Source of the DNA: a candidate division WOR-3 bacterium | GTDB lineage: Bacteria > Hydrothermota > Tepidihabitantia > SM23-42 | NCBI GenBank assembly: GCA_014859085.1 | Contig: JACUUY010000003.1 | Span: 1 to 51,199 of the forward strand | Direction: 5' to 3' | Length of the DNA: 51,199 nucleotides | Part shown: piece by piece, positions 1-9,423 of the stretch | Layout of the letters: every line of letters starts with the position of its first letter | How positions within the stretch are numbered: position 1 is the first letter of the stretch | Translations under genes and position numbers: made by a program | Notes under the pieces: generated by a model | Databases searched by the model: none | Seen by the model: the letters and a program-made list of their open reading frames with translations, nothing else | Told to the model about the DNA's origin: nothing

Positions 1-1
1 T

Positions 2-1192
2 GGAATGAAGGAAAGATTCCTCAGGCGGATCAAGGGTGAAGAAAAAATAGATTACCCCCACCCGAACCTGAAACAAACATTGGGCGACACCCTCGGCATA
101 CCCGTGTATCAGGAACAGATACTGCAGATCGCCCATGACTTCGCCCGTTTTTCCCTGAGCGACGGTGACATGCTGCGCCGGGCAATGACCAAGGCGCGCA
201 GCCCGGAGAACATGAAAGAGATCGAAGACCTGTTCTTTGCCAAGGCGGGTAACATGGGATACGACACGCAGGAGATCACACCGGTCTGGGATCGCATAAG
301 AGCATTCTCTTCTTTCGGTTTCAACAAAGCGCACAGCATAACCTATGCGACGCTCGCCTACCTGTCCGCCTACCAGAAGTATTATGAACCCATGAAATTC
401 TTCTGCCAGGTGATAAACAACAAGGGCGGCTACTATCCCACCATCGCCTATATCAACGAGGCGCGCCGGAGGGGGATCAGGATAATGGCGCCGGATGTCA
501 GCAAAAGCGCGGCGCGGTTCATGATCCAGGATTCATCGCTCCTTACCGGCCTGGATGAGATAAGGGAACTCTCGGCGGAAACGATCAGCCGGATCATGAG
601 AATGCGGCCGTTTGAGGACGCGCGGGATTTCTTCTACCGCGTCCGCCCCTCGATCGAAGAAGGCATCTCGCTCATAAAATCGGGCAGCCTGGACCCGTTC
701 AACCATACCTGGCCCGAACTGTATTTCCTGCTGCTCGATTCCAAGATCTTAAAAGAAACCATTCCCCACTTTGGCCGAAAAGTACCGAAATTGAGTGACT
801 TCAGCGACCGAGTTAAAGTATTGGGCCAACTGGGGACAATAGAGTTCATACCGGCATGCCATGTCCTGCAGGTATTCTACGGTCAGCGCCAGACACACAT
901 ATCAAGCCTGCATGACAAATCGAGAGCGCAACTGATCAGCAGCCTCATCACCCGCCGTACGATCCGTACCAGGAACAACAGATTAATGAGTTTTCTGACC
1001 ATGGACGATGAAACCGGTATCCTGGAAGTCGTAATATTCCCGGACAAATATGATCCGGGCCGGGTCGGCCCGGTAATGGAGATAACCGGCACCATGCAGG
1101 AAGATTCATTGATCGCAGACTACTACAAAAACCTGACTACCAGCAGAACAATAATTGCAGACCAGCGTACGGCATTTGGAGGACTTCGGTAG
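2..1192 (+). CDS. dnaE: DNA polymerase III alpha subunit, C-terminal part (5' end outside window); resembles the compact DnaE2-like group
   Basis: Motifs TLGIPVYQEQILQIA, GDMLRRAM, FGFNKAHS, INNKGGYY, INEARRRGI and a C-terminal OB fold (FLTMDDETGILEVVIFP). Frame is open to the window edge. Confidence 0.9.
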   Translation, partial: GMKERFLRRIKGEEKIDYPHPNLKQTLGDTLGIPVYQEQILQIAHDFARFSLSDGDMLRRAMTKARSPENMKEIEDLFFAKAGNMGYDTQEITPVWDRIRAFSSFGFNKAHSITYATLAYLSAYQKYYEPMKFFCQVINNKGGYYPTIAYINEARRRGIRIMAPDVSKSAARFMIQDSSLLTGLDEIRELSAETISRIMRMRPFEDARDFFYRVRPSIEEGISLIKSGSLDPFNHTWPELYFLLLDSKILKETIPHFGRKVPKLSDFSDRVKVLGQLGTIEFIPACHVLQVFYGQRQTHISSLHDKSRAQLISSLITRRTIRTRNNRLMSFLTMDDETGILEVVIFPDKYDPGRVGPVMEITGTMQEDSLIADYYKNLTTSRTIIADQRTAFGGLR

Positions 1193-1766
1193 CCGCATCG
1201 TCAGTACCATGAATTGCGGTCGGTAATGGAACATTACCGGTTAGACGTACAGCTACATGCCGGCGTTCATACGTAATACCCAACCCCGGGACAAATACCA
1301 CATTCCCTCCCTTACTTCCGGCAAGGTCATAGAACAAGTAGCCCGCTTTAATTGGCGCAAAAACACCAAAGTCATTGCGGAAGTAATAACCAAGAGCGCA
1401 TGTTCCGGTGAAACGCATTCCTGCGTACTCGTGTTCACTGTTGAAGAATATTTCAGTATCGGCGTAGCCGCTCGAGAACAAATGCGTACTTCTGGTTACC
1501 GACTTGCCAAGCCCGAGGTTAGCACCGAAGATATCGAGGCCGGAAAGCCCGGCACCGGCGCGCAGTTCGAGCCCTGACCTGAGGATTCCGCGGGCAATCG
1601 TGACATTGGCCGGTATGTGGACTCCGATTTCGTTCTTACCCTGCTCGAGCACCTTGCCGGTCTGGAACGTATACGGGTAAAACATCTTTGCCTGCCATGA
1701 GCACCGCACCGTGATGAATGAACACAGTAGTACGATCAGCGTGCAACATTTGGTTATGATCTTCAT
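1137..1766 (-). CDS. Hypothetical secreted/outer-membrane protein (possible lipoprotein or small beta-barrel)
   Basis: Signal-like N-terminus MKIITKCCTLIVLLCSFITVRC, amphipathic Gly/aromatic strands, aromatic C-terminus. Start set at ATG 1766, 7 nt after a -10 box. Overlaps the dnaE 3' end by 56 bp. Confidence 0.6.
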   Translation of the reverse strand: MKIITKCCTLIVLLCSFITVRCSWQAKMFYPYTFQTGKVLEQGKNEIGVHIPANVTIARGILRSGLELRAGAGLSGLDIFGANLGLGKSVTRSTHLFSSGYADTEIFFNSEHEYAGMRFTGTCALGYYFRNDFGVFAPIKAGYLFYDLAGSKGGNVVFVPGLGITYERRHVAVRLTGNVPLPTAIHGTDDAATEVLQMPYAGLQLLFCW

Positions 1767-1773
1767 GGAGAAT

Positions 1774-1801
1774 AATATACGCGTGCAGTGCACCTTGTCA
1801 A
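1774..1801 (-). promoter_or_regulatory. Sigma70-type promoter, predicted leaderless
   Basis: TTGACA(1801-1796)-N16-TATATT(1779-1774), ATG 7 nt downstream. Confidence 0.7.
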
Positions 1802-1896
1802 GCTGTTATTGTTCACACAACCAGCCAAGTTGGTTTCATCGATTTACTCCAAACCGGAAGTTAACTGCTCGCCGCCACCGATCCCGCATATCAATG

Positions 1897-1924
1897 TTGA
1901 CTCAAGACGCTCCAAGCATATAAT
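1897..1924 (+). promoter_or_regulatory. Sigma70-type promoter for uORF/EamA
   Basis: TTGACT(1897-1902)-N16-TATAAT(1919-1924). Confidence 0.7.
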
Positions 1925-1933
1925 CGTGTCCCT

Positions 1934-2005
1934 ATGAAATACGGACGCCGTACCGAAGAACCAGAAAAATACCGCGCATCAGCAGTAATAAGGAGAACGC
2001 ATTAG
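1934..2005 (+). CDS. Putative 23-aa upstream ORF (MKYGRRTEEPEKYRASAVIRRTH)
   Basis: ATG 9 nt after the -10 box. Its TAG (2003-2005) overlaps the proposed ATT start of EamA. Confidence 0.3.
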   Translation: MKYGRRTEEPEKYRASAVIRRTH

Positions 2006-2894
2006 TAGATTCGTAGGAGAGTTTGCGGCACTGGGCACGGCGCTGTGCTGGTCATTCGGCTCAATGTTCTTTACCGTGGCTTCCCGCCGGCTCGGCCACA
2101 ATGTCGTAAACCGCGTCCGGCTGGCAGTAGCGCTGATCCTATTGCTGCTTGCGCATCTGATCTCAACCGGCACTATCGTGCCCATGGATGTGATCGGTTA
2201 TCACTGGCTCTGGTTTGGGTTGTCCGGGATCGTCGGCTTTGCCCTGGGCGACATGCTGCTCTTCAAGGCCTTTGTAATGCTCGGTACCAGGCTGGCTATG
2301 CTGCTGATGGCCCTCGTGCCGGTCTTCAGCACGCTGATCGCCTGGATCTTCCTCTATGAATTGCTTGAAATGACCGATATCCTGGCCATGTCGGTCGTGA
2401 TCGCGGGGATTGTCTGGGTCGTCACCGGCCACAGGAACACCAGCCCGAATGGCAAACATGACACGATCGGTATCCTCTGCGGTATCGGCGGCGCAGCGGG
2501 CCAGGCCATCGGGTTGATCCTGTCAAAGAAAGGGCTGGCCGATGGTTATTCTGCTCTTTCCGGGAATATCATCCGGGTGTTCACGGCGACAAGCGTCCTA
2601 TGGGTGATCGCGCTCATCCGGGGACGCGTGCCCTATACGGTAAGAATGCTCCAGGACCGCCCGGGCAGCAGGGCGCTTCTTGCCGGCAGTATCTGCGGTC
2701 CGTTCCTGGGCGTCTGGCTGTCGCTCGTTGCGGTTCAGAATACGTATGTGGGCATTGCCTCGACACTGATGGCGCTGCCGCCGGTCTTTTTGATCCCCTT
2801 GTCCCACTGGATATTCAAGGAACGGATAAGTCTCGCCGCGATCATCGGCACGCTGGTGGCGATTGCCGGCGTCGCGCTGATATTCCTGCTGTAA
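2001..2894 (+). CDS. EamA/DMT family transporter, probable ATT start
   Basis: About 10 TM in two EamA repeats (SGIVGFALGD, GPFLGVWLSL, ERIS). First-helix motif GEFAALGTALCWS lies upstream of the first ATG (2064). In-frame TAA at 1989; TAAGGAG SD 5 nt before ATT 2001. Confidence 0.88.
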   Translation: MSRFVGEFAALGTALCWSFGSMFFTVASRRLGHNVVNRVRLAVALILLLLAHLISTGTIVPMDVIGYHWLWFGLSGIVGFALGDMLLFKAFVMLGTRLAMLLMALVPVFSTLIAWIFLYELLEMTDILAMSVVIAGIVWVVTGHRNTSPNGKHDTIGILCGIGGAAGQAIGLILSKKGLADGYSALSGNIIRVFTATSVLWVIALIRGRVPYTVRMLQDRPGSRALLAGSICGPFLGVWLSLVAVQNTYVGIASTLMALPPVFLIPLSHWIFKERISLAAIIGTLVAIAGVALIFLL

Positions 2895-2932
2895 AACGCA
2901 ACAATATATAGCAGGTTGGTTTGTTGCGTTTT
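2893..2932. terminator. Hairpin between convergent EamA and hydrogenase operon
   Basis: AAAACGCAACAA(2893-2904) and TTGTTGCGTTTT(2921-2932): perfect 12-bp inverted repeat, 16-nt loop. Confidence 0.55.
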
Positions 2933-2937
2933 GCCGC

Positions 2938-2979
2938 TTTCTGCTTTCTGTCTACTGTCTACTACCTACTACCTACTGC
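2938..2979. repeat. Degenerate heptamer tandem array (6 units)
   Basis: tttctgc tttctgt ctactgt ctactac ctactac ctactgc. Confidence 0.85.
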
Positions 2980-2983
2980 TGTA

Positions 2984-3589
2984 TCAGTATCCCCAGATCT
3001 CGTTCAGATAGACCGATCTGCGGCATGCGGGGCACAAGTACCTCAAGTGCTCACTGCGGTAGGGCGGCGTGTCCGCGCTCTTCGGGATCGACTCTTCACC
3101 GTATTCCCGGGATAGCACAAGGAAGAGGTTGGGGTTAGCATAGGCAAGCTCGCCGACTCTCCGGGCGATCCACAAGAGATGCGCCCGGGTCGTAATGACC
3201 TCACCGCACCGCTCGCAGCAGATCAACTCGTCCTCGATCGACTCCTCGTAGCCGTCCCGCGTTATCTGGGCCAGGTCGTATTCCTGGGTGTGCCTGATAC
3301 CTTCTTTTGTCGTGCAGTACGCAACACATTGCCCGCAATAGATACACCGCTCCGGATGGTATATCTCCTTGCGGACGCCCCTCGTGAGATCATCCTGCTG
3401 CTCGCGCGCGTTTGCCGGGCACACTTCAACACATGCACCGCAGAGCACGCACTTTTCGGCATCGAACTCTATCTTACCCCGGAAGCGCGGTGCGGCCGGC
3501 GAAGGTTTGAAGGGAAATTTCGACGTGTACGGGCCAAGGACAATCGCCCGGATCGCTTCGCCCAGTTCTCTCAATTTTGGCTTACGCAT
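2984..3589 (-). CDS. Hydrogenase 2x[4Fe-4S] subunit (NuoI/MbhN/HycF-like)
   Basis: YTSKFPF..RFRGK, CVLCGACVEVCP, CIYCGQCVAYC, plus extra C-terminal CERC...CPAC. Confidence 0.9.
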   Translation of the reverse strand: MRKPKLRELGEAIRAIVLGPYTSKFPFKPSPAAPRFRGKIEFDAEKCVLCGACVEVCPANAREQQDDLTRGVRKEIYHPERCIYCGQCVAYCTTKEGIRHTQEYDLAQITRDGYEESIEDELICCERCGEVITTRAHLLWIARRVGELAYANPNLFLVLSREYGEESIPKSADTPPYRSEHLRYLCPACRRSVYLNEIWGY

Positions 3590-3590
3590 T

Positions 3591-3947
3591 CTACCCGCCT
3601 CCTCTCTCGATCTGCTCGCTGCCGAGTTTGTCTTTTCCGTAGTTATCGACGATCGTGCCCTTCCACATCTTGACCCCGAAATGGAGTGAACCCTTCATCA
3701 GAGCGTGGGCGGCAACCGGGTTTGTCAACAAAAGGAATGCGCCGCATATGAGCGCCTTGATCCCCATCGCGGAAAAACCGTGTATCATAAAAATGCCGAC
3801 CATTATGCCGAACGTGCCGAGGGTGACGCATTTGGTCGAAGCCTGCAGGCGGTTGTAGACATCCGGGAACCGGACGAGACCGATCGCGCCGAGTACATCG
3901 AAGAGAACGCCGATCCAGATTATGATCCAGCCGATCGCGCTAATCAT
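3591..3947 (-). CDS. mrpG: Mrp antiporter subunit G (MbhC-like)
   Basis: GLVRFPDVYNRLQASTKCVTLG, LLTNPVAAHAL. Start reset to ATG 3947 (SD GAGGAG). Confidence 0.9.
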   Translation of the reverse strand: MISAIGWIIIWIGVLFDVLGAIGLVRFPDVYNRLQASTKCVTLGTFGIMVGIFMIHGFSAMGIKALICGAFLLLTNPVAAHALMKGSLHFGVKMWKGTIVDNYGKDKLGSEQIERGGG

Positions 3948-4194
3948 CGAGACTCCTCTTTTCCAGATACTTGGCAAGGGCGAGTGCACCAATGAAGCTG
4001 AAAAGCGCGAGTGATATCGAAAGGTCCATCAGATAAGGCAGATCGTAAAAGAGTGCGGCGAGTCCGGTGATGCCGACAAAAAGGATGCCCATGATGTCGA
4101 CGCCGACTGCCCGGTCCGATATCGAAGGACCCTGGTAGATCCGATAGATGCACAAAAAACTGCTGATCGCAAGGATACTAACTAAGACGCTCAT
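3940..4194 (-). CDS. mrpF: Mrp antiporter subunit F (MbhB-like)
   Basis: YRIYQGPSISDRAVGVD, 3 TM, FIGALALAKYL. Confidence 0.9.
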   Translation of the reverse strand: MSVLVSILAISSFLCIYRIYQGPSISDRAVGVDIMGILFVGITGLAALFYDLPYLMDLSISLALFSFIGALALAKYLEKRSLDD

Positions 4195-4676
4195 TCGAAA
4201 ATCCTCCTCAAGAATACTTCAAACCGCGAGGCGATGATCCTCGACGCCTCTTCGAGGTCCTCGGATTGTACCCAGATCCAGTGGATGTAGAGAATATCGC
4301 CGTCGATATCGCAGGTCATCGTGCCCGGGGTCAGAGTGATCGAATTCGCCAGGAAGACACGGGCAATATCCGTCTTCAGGGTCGTGCGGATCTTGACAAT
4401 ACCCGGTTTTATCGGCCTTTCTGGATGGAGCGCGCGATAGGCCACATCGATATTCGCTTTCACCATGTACCACACAAAGATCGGCACGTAGATCGCGAAA
4501 ACGACTATCCTGTGCAGTTGCAGGAATTTCAGGGGCCGGTCAGTGAAATAGCCGCCGAACAGGACCGTGCCGACGAGCACGACTGCGGCACCCGCGATCA
4601 GATGGTCGATGTTCGTGCTCCATGTCAGAAGAAGCAAGAGAATGAACCCGGTGATGAAATATATGATATACCTCAT
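4191..4676 (-). CDS. mrpE: Mrp antiporter subunit E (MbhA-like)
   Basis: ANIDVA..PIKPGIV..LANSITLTPGT..LYIHW. Confidence 0.92.
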   Translation of the reverse strand: MRYIIYFITGFILLLLLTWSTNIDHLIAGAAVVLVGTVLFGGYFTDRPLKFLQLHRIVVFAIYVPIFVWYMVKANIDVAYRALHPERPIKPGIVKIRTTLKTDIARVFLANSITLTPGTMTCDIDGDILYIHWIWVQSEDLEEASRIIASRFEVFLRRIFE

Positions 4677-4685
4677 TATGGCCTC

Positions 4686-6191
4686 CTAAAAACCCGTGGT
4701 GACGTATCCGAAAACAAGCTGCGAATACTCAAGACCGCGCAGCAGCGCATTCGCGGCCGGGCCGACAACGAAATCGATAACCTGCTGGAAACCGAGACCC
4801 AAAACCACGATCAAAACCACCAGGAAGACCATCGCGATGCGCATGGTAAACGGCGCCGGCTTAGCATCGACTTTGCCCTTTTTCAGGAACACGCTATTTT
4901 CGATCTTAAGATAGTAATACAACGTCAAGCCGCTCAACACGATCGCGGTAATTGCGAGCCATAACATACCGGCTTTCAACGCCCCGAGGATGATCCAGAA
5001 CTTTGCCCAGAACCCGACGAGCGGCGGTATGCCGATGAGCGACAACCCGCCGAAGCGGAAACTCCATGCCGTGGTCGGCATCTTCTCACCCAGACCCGCC
5101 AGTTTATTGAGATCGCGCGTCCCGGTCGCGTGCACCACCGCGCCGGAGGTCAAGAACAAGAGACCCTTTGCCAGCGCATGCGCCAGAATGAAGAATATCG
5201 CACCGGCCACGCCGTAGTAGTTACCGATACCGAATCCCAGCATAATGTACCCGATCTGCGACACGCTCGAATAACCGAGCAGGCGCTTGTAGTCCTTCTG
5301 ATTGAGCGCGGTCAACCCGGCGAACGTGATCGAGAGCAATCCGAGCACAATAAGGATATTGAAGAACATCGGCGCATTAGCGCGGCTCAGCCCGAATACA
5401 TTGAAGACCATCCTTGCTGTCGTGTAGATTCCGAGCACTTTGATGAAGATGCCGGAAAGGAGGCTGGATACCGGCGCCGGCGCCGCCGGATGAGCATCAG
5501 GCAGCCATGAATGGAACGGCACGAATGCGGCTTTGATCGAGAAAGCAAAGAGCATGAGGCCGAGCACGGTCCAGAAAAAAGTGGTCTGACCGAACATCTG
5601 CATGACATTCGATATATCGGCGAGGTTCAAGGTCGATGTCCTGGCGTAGATCAATGCGATCGCGAGCAGGAACGTCAGACCGCCGATCTCGCCCATGACC
5701 ATATATTTGAAGGATGCCTCCAGCTCCTCAGCATCGACCCCGAAAGCCACCAGCGCATAGGATGAGATCGCCGCGATCTCGAGGAAGACGAACATGTTGA
5801 ACAGATCACCGGTCAGCACGACACCCATCATGCCGGCCGTGATCAGCATATACAACGTGTAGAATTTCCATTGACCGGTGTAGTGCGAAAGATACCTGTA
5901 GGAGAAGAGCGCGCCGGCGAAGACGACGATCGAGATCACGAGCGCCATGAACGCCGAAAAAGCATCGAGGACCATGACTATTCCCAGCGGCGGCGCCCAT
6001 CTGCCCATCTTGCAGACGATCAGAGGAAACTCCTGCACGGCAGCGACACCGTACAGCGCGATCACAAAGAGCGCGAACGAAACGGCCGTTGTGAATAGCC
6101 AGGTGAATGTCTTCGCGAACTTGCCAATGACCGGGATCAAAAAGGCAGCCAGCAGCGGTATCGCAAAATACAGCGGAATTATGGTCACCAT
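4686..6191 (-). CDS. mrpD: Mrp antiporter subunit D / MbhH-like proton-translocating subunit
   Basis: About 14 TM; GDLFNMFVFLEI, IKAAFVPFHSWLPDAH, KRLLGYSSVSQIG, GFWAKF. Confidence 0.9.
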   Translation of the reverse strand: MVTIIPLYFAIPLLAAFLIPVIGKFAKTFTWLFTTAVSFALFVIALYGVAAVQEFPLIVCKMGRWAPPLGIVMVLDAFSAFMALVISIVVFAGALFSYRYLSHYTGQWKFYTLYMLITAGMMGVVLTGDLFNMFVFLEIAAISSYALVAFGVDAEELEASFKYMVMGEIGGLTFLLAIALIYARTSTLNLADISNVMQMFGQTTFFWTVLGLMLFAFSIKAAFVPFHSWLPDAHPAAPAPVSSLLSGIFIKVLGIYTTARMVFNVFGLSRANAPMFFNILIVLGLLSITFAGLTALNQKDYKRLLGYSSVSQIGYIMLGFGIGNYYGVAGAIFFILAHALAKGLLFLTSGAVVHATGTRDLNKLAGLGEKMPTTAWSFRFGGLSLIGIPPLVGFWAKFWIILGALKAGMLWLAITAIVLSGLTLYYYLKIENSVFLKKGKVDAKPAPFTMRIAMVFLVVLIVVLGLGFQQVIDFVVGPAANALLRGLEYSQLVFGYVTTGF

Positions 6192-6197
6192 GCCTCC

Positions 6198-6536
6198 TTA
6201 TCCTTTCAACTTCCTGATCTCGGCGATATCAAATGTCTTGTAGCGATTATAGATGCGCAGCGCAACCGCAAGCATGAGCGCGGTCGTTCCCAGGGCAATG
6301 ACGATGGCGGTGAGGACAAGCGCCTGCGGCACCGGATCCACGAACCTTCGAGGCATGTCGATCTGCGTGATGATCGGCGCAACGCTGCCATGACGGAAAC
6401 CGATGAGCGCGAAAAGCAGATTGATCCCGTATTCCATCAGCGCGAAACCGATCACGATCTTGATGAGATTACGCTTCGTGACAATTGCATAAAGACCGAT
6501 CAGGAACAAAACGATACACGCAAGAAAAGCAATCAT
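6198..6536 (-). CDS. mrpC: Mrp antiporter subunit C (MbhG/NuoK-like)
   Basis: KRNLIKIVIG, DPVPQALVLTAIVI. Confidence 0.92.
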   Translation of the reverse strand: MIAFLACIVLFLIGLYAIVTKRNLIKIVIGFALMEYGINLLFALIGFRHGSVAPIITQIDMPRRFVDPVPQALVLTAIVIALGTTALMLAVALRIYNRYKTFDIAEIRKLKG

Positions 6537-6540
6537 CTCT

Positions 6541-6975
6541 TCAATCCTCCATCACGTATTTTATTGCCGCAAGAGCGAGGAATATAGTGAACAAACCGGC
6601 TCCGACTTTTATTCCGATCGCGATGTTGCAGAGGGGAATAATGCCCCCGCTCAACAACCGCAGCGGTGTGCCCTGGGGCAGGAAATTAAGGAAGAAAGCC
6701 CCGCCGATGATCAACCCGGCAAACGCTATGCCGATGAAGAGCAGGGCGCCTAAACTCTCGAATGCCGAAGCGCGTTCTTCGGCCCGCTTCTCTGAGACGG
6801 GTTCAACACCGAAAGCGAGTATCCTCAGCACGAGCGCTCCCGCGATGATGACACCACCGGCAAAACCGCCGCCGGGCGTCAGGTGGCCGTGCAGGATTAT
6901 GTAGACACCGTATATGAATATGAAACCCACGACTATATTGGTGACAACTTTAACAACAAGACTCATACCCCTCAT
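6541..6975 (-). CDS. mrpB: Mrp antiporter subunit B (MbhF-like)
   Basis: HGHLTPGGGFAGG, NIAIGIKVG. Confidence 0.9.
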   Translation of the reverse strand: MRGMSLVVKVVTNIVVGFIFIYGVYIILHGHLTPGGGFAGGVIIAGALVLRILAFGVEPVSEKRAEERASAFESLGALLFIGIAFAGLIIGGAFFLNFLPQGTPLRLLSGGIIPLCNIAIGIKVGAGLFTIFLALAAIKYVMED

Positions 6976-7505
6976 CTTTTCCTCCCGATTTTGCGCATCA
7001 AAGCAAGCACGCCGATGACCGACGTGAAGAGAACGGTCGCTTCACCAAGGGTGTCGAGGGCACGGAAATCAAGGATCACGTCGGCGACGATATTCGCCCC
7101 GCCGCATTCAGAAAGACCCAGTCTGATGTATTCGCTGGCAACCCTCATGGTCGCATAGCCAAACCTCGGCAGTTCTCTCAGCGATTGAACGACTGCCGCC
7201 AGGAACAAGAACGCAAAGAGCGAGAACAGAACCATGGAAAGGATGTGGGTGCTGGCAAAACGCTTGCCGATCGTCTCGTCGATATGTGTCGTGCGGAAGA
7301 CCACGGCTACGAAGATCACGATCGTGAGGATTTCAACGACGATCTGGACGATGGCCAGGTCCGGCGCCTGCACGAGGATGAACATTATCGCAACCGAGAA
7401 CCCCACGGCGCCCAGCGAGATCACGGCGGCGAGCAAATCCTTGATCTCGGTCGCAATGACGGCCGCGATCAGCATGATGAAAAGGAAGAGATAAAGTTCA
7501 ATCAT
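6972..7505 (-). CDS. MbhD-MbhE-like fusion (equivalent to the C-terminal part of MrpA)
   Basis: QAPDLAIVQIVVE (DUF4040-like) and NIVADVILDFRALDTLGEATVLF. Confidence 0.85.
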   Translation of the reverse strand: MIELYLFLFIMLIAAVIATEIKDLLAAVISLGAVGFSVAIMFILVQAPDLAIVQIVVEILTIVIFVAVVFRTTHIDETIGKRFASTHILSMVLFSLFAFLFLAAVVQSLRELPRFGYATMRVASEYIRLGLSECGGANIVADVILDFRALDTLGEATVLFTSVIGVLALMRKIGRKR

Positions 7506-7517
7506 TCGTCCCTCCGG

Positions 7518-9422
7518 TTAGAAGACCAGCATCAGCAGGATGATGATACCGCCCAGGAAGATCCAGCCAATGTAACCGTATAGTTCGCCCGTGTGCAGCG
7601 CCGATGTCAGCCGGCCGAGATTCTGTATGATCTCTCCGATCACCCGGTAGAGAGTTGTTATCAATTTATCAACGACATCGCGCAGAAGAACACCGAGAGC
7701 ACCGGTCGCGCCCTTCAGGTAGTTGTAGAAATCGAACGCTCCACCCTCGCCAAAGCTGTAGGTCTTCTCGAGCATGTCAACGGTGTGCACCGAGGAGTAG
7801 AAATTGGGACCGGTAATCCTCGCGGCTTCCTCTTCCATTACCTCGCCACCGATAAAAACGCGCGCCCGGCGCGGCTTCATCGCGGTGCCGAGCAGATAGA
7901 CAAGCAGGCCGATCAGCAGACCCCCGATCATCAATATCGTCGCCAGTGCCGGAGTCCAGAACCCGATACCGCTGACCGGGAACGACAACGCCGGCAGTAT
8001 CAGATGCTTCAGGGGTATGGCCTGGGCAAACACGCCGAACAGGATGCACGCGGCGGCAAGGATCAACGTAGGTACGACCATCTCAAAACGCGCCTCGCGC
8101 ACCTTGTCGAGCTCTCGCGGCCGCTCGCCAAGGAAGAGGGAATGGATCATCTTCAGGAACGAAGCCAGGGTCAGCACGCTGCCGAACATCGCCGCGATGA
8201 GGAACACGGGCCAGAAGCTGATCTGGTCACCGAGTTCCACGACACCCTGGTACACCATCCACTTCGAATAGAAACCATTGAACGGAGGCACACCAGAGAT
8301 CGCGAAGGCGGCGACAATGAACGAGAGCATGGTGAGCGGCATCTTCACACCGAGCCCGCCGAGCCGGTCGAGTTCGGTTGCCCGGGCGCGGTATTCGACC
8401 GAACCTGCGGACAGAAAAAGGCATGTCTTATAGATTGTATTATTAATCATATGGAACATACCACCGGCAATGCCGACCGGGATGCCGGTCCCGATACCCA
8501 GGATCATGTACCCGACCTGGGACACGGCATGGAAAGAAAGCAGGCGCATCGCCTCCTTCTGGACCATGGCCATCATGACGGCCGCGATGATCGTGACCGA
8601 TCCGATGACCATCAAGACGATCCTGACCGAGGTGACGCCCGATATGTCAAAGATGAAGTACGAAACCCTCATGAGCAGATAGATACCGAGGAGTTTATCG
8701 AGGCTCGCCGGAAGGTAAGCCATCGTGGAAGCGGGCACGGACTTGGCGGCCTCAGGTATCCAGGAATGGAGGGGCATGGCACCGGCTTTGGCGAGCGCGC
8801 CGACCACGATCAGAACATATGAAGCGATAAGCCAGGGGTCGGCGAGCAATACCCTCGGTTCCACGGGGAAATTCGCTGTCCCTGCCCTGACGAGCAGAAG
8901 CACGATACCGAGCATCATCGCATAATCGGCGATACCGATGATCGTCAGCGCTTTTCGCGCCGCAAAAGTGCTGTCCGTTTTGCCGATCAGCAGCATTCCG
9001 TAGAGCGCGAAGACGAGGACATTCCAGAAGATCAGCAGAAAAATGAGATTACCGCTCAGCACGACGCCGTTTGCCGCCGCGAGCGTGATGGTCAGATACA
9101 TGTGGTACGTTCGTTCGCCCGGTTTCTTCGACATGAACCTGAGCGAATAGAACCAGATAAGAATGGCGAATATCGCATTGAAAAGCACAACTAATCCCGC
9201 CAGGCTATCCGCGTAGAATCTGAAATCGATGCCGAACATCGAAGCCAGGTTATATGATATTATGCCGGTCCGCGTGGCCACGAAGATCCGGATCGAAAGT
9301 ATCAGCGCTACCAGGAAAGCCACGAAATCCAATTCGGTGCGCAGGCGGTTGATCACGAACCCCAGCAAACCGATCGCGATCGGCAGCAAGATCACATAGA
9401 AGATCGCACTAATCTCACCCAT
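7518..9422 (-). CDS. NuoL/MrpA/HyfB-like antiporter subunit with lateral helix
   Basis: AKAGAMPLHSWIP, RLLSFHAVSQVGY, GVPPFNGFYSKW, long amphipathic C-terminal segment ending LHTGELYGY plus a last TM. Start at ATG 9422 (SD GGAGG). Confidence 0.88.
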   Translation of the reverse strand: MGEISAIFYVILLPIAIGLLGFVINRLRTELDFVAFLVALILSIRIFVATRTGIISYNLASMFGIDFRFYADSLAGLVVLFNAIFAILIWFYSLRFMSKKPGERTYHMYLTITLAAANGVVLSGNLIFLLIFWNVLVFALYGMLLIGKTDSTFAARKALTIIGIADYAMMLGIVLLLVRAGTANFPVEPRVLLADPWLIASYVLIVVGALAKAGAMPLHSWIPEAAKSVPASTMAYLPASLDKLLGIYLLMRVSYFIFDISGVTSVRIVLMVIGSVTIIAAVMMAMVQKEAMRLLSFHAVSQVGYMILGIGTGIPVGIAGGMFHMINNTIYKTCLFLSAGSVEYRARATELDRLGGLGVKMPLTMLSFIVAAFAISGVPPFNGFYSKWMVYQGVVELGDQISFWPVFLIAAMFGSVLTLASFLKMIHSLFLGERPRELDKVREARFEMVVPTLILAAACILFGVFAQAIPLKHLILPALSFPVSGIGFWTPALATILMIGGLLIGLLVYLLGTAMKPRRARVFIGGEVMEEEAARITGPNFYSSVHTVDMLEKTYSFGEGGAFDFYNYLKGATGALGVLLRDVVDKLITTLYRVIGEIIQNLGRLTSALHTGELYGYIGWIFLGGIIILLMLVF

Positions 9423-9423
9423 T

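Noticed and set aside
6192-6200. Read-through fusion of mrpC and mrpD (same frame)
   Set aside because: The stop is TAA followed by a GGAGG SD and ATG: ordinary translational coupling.
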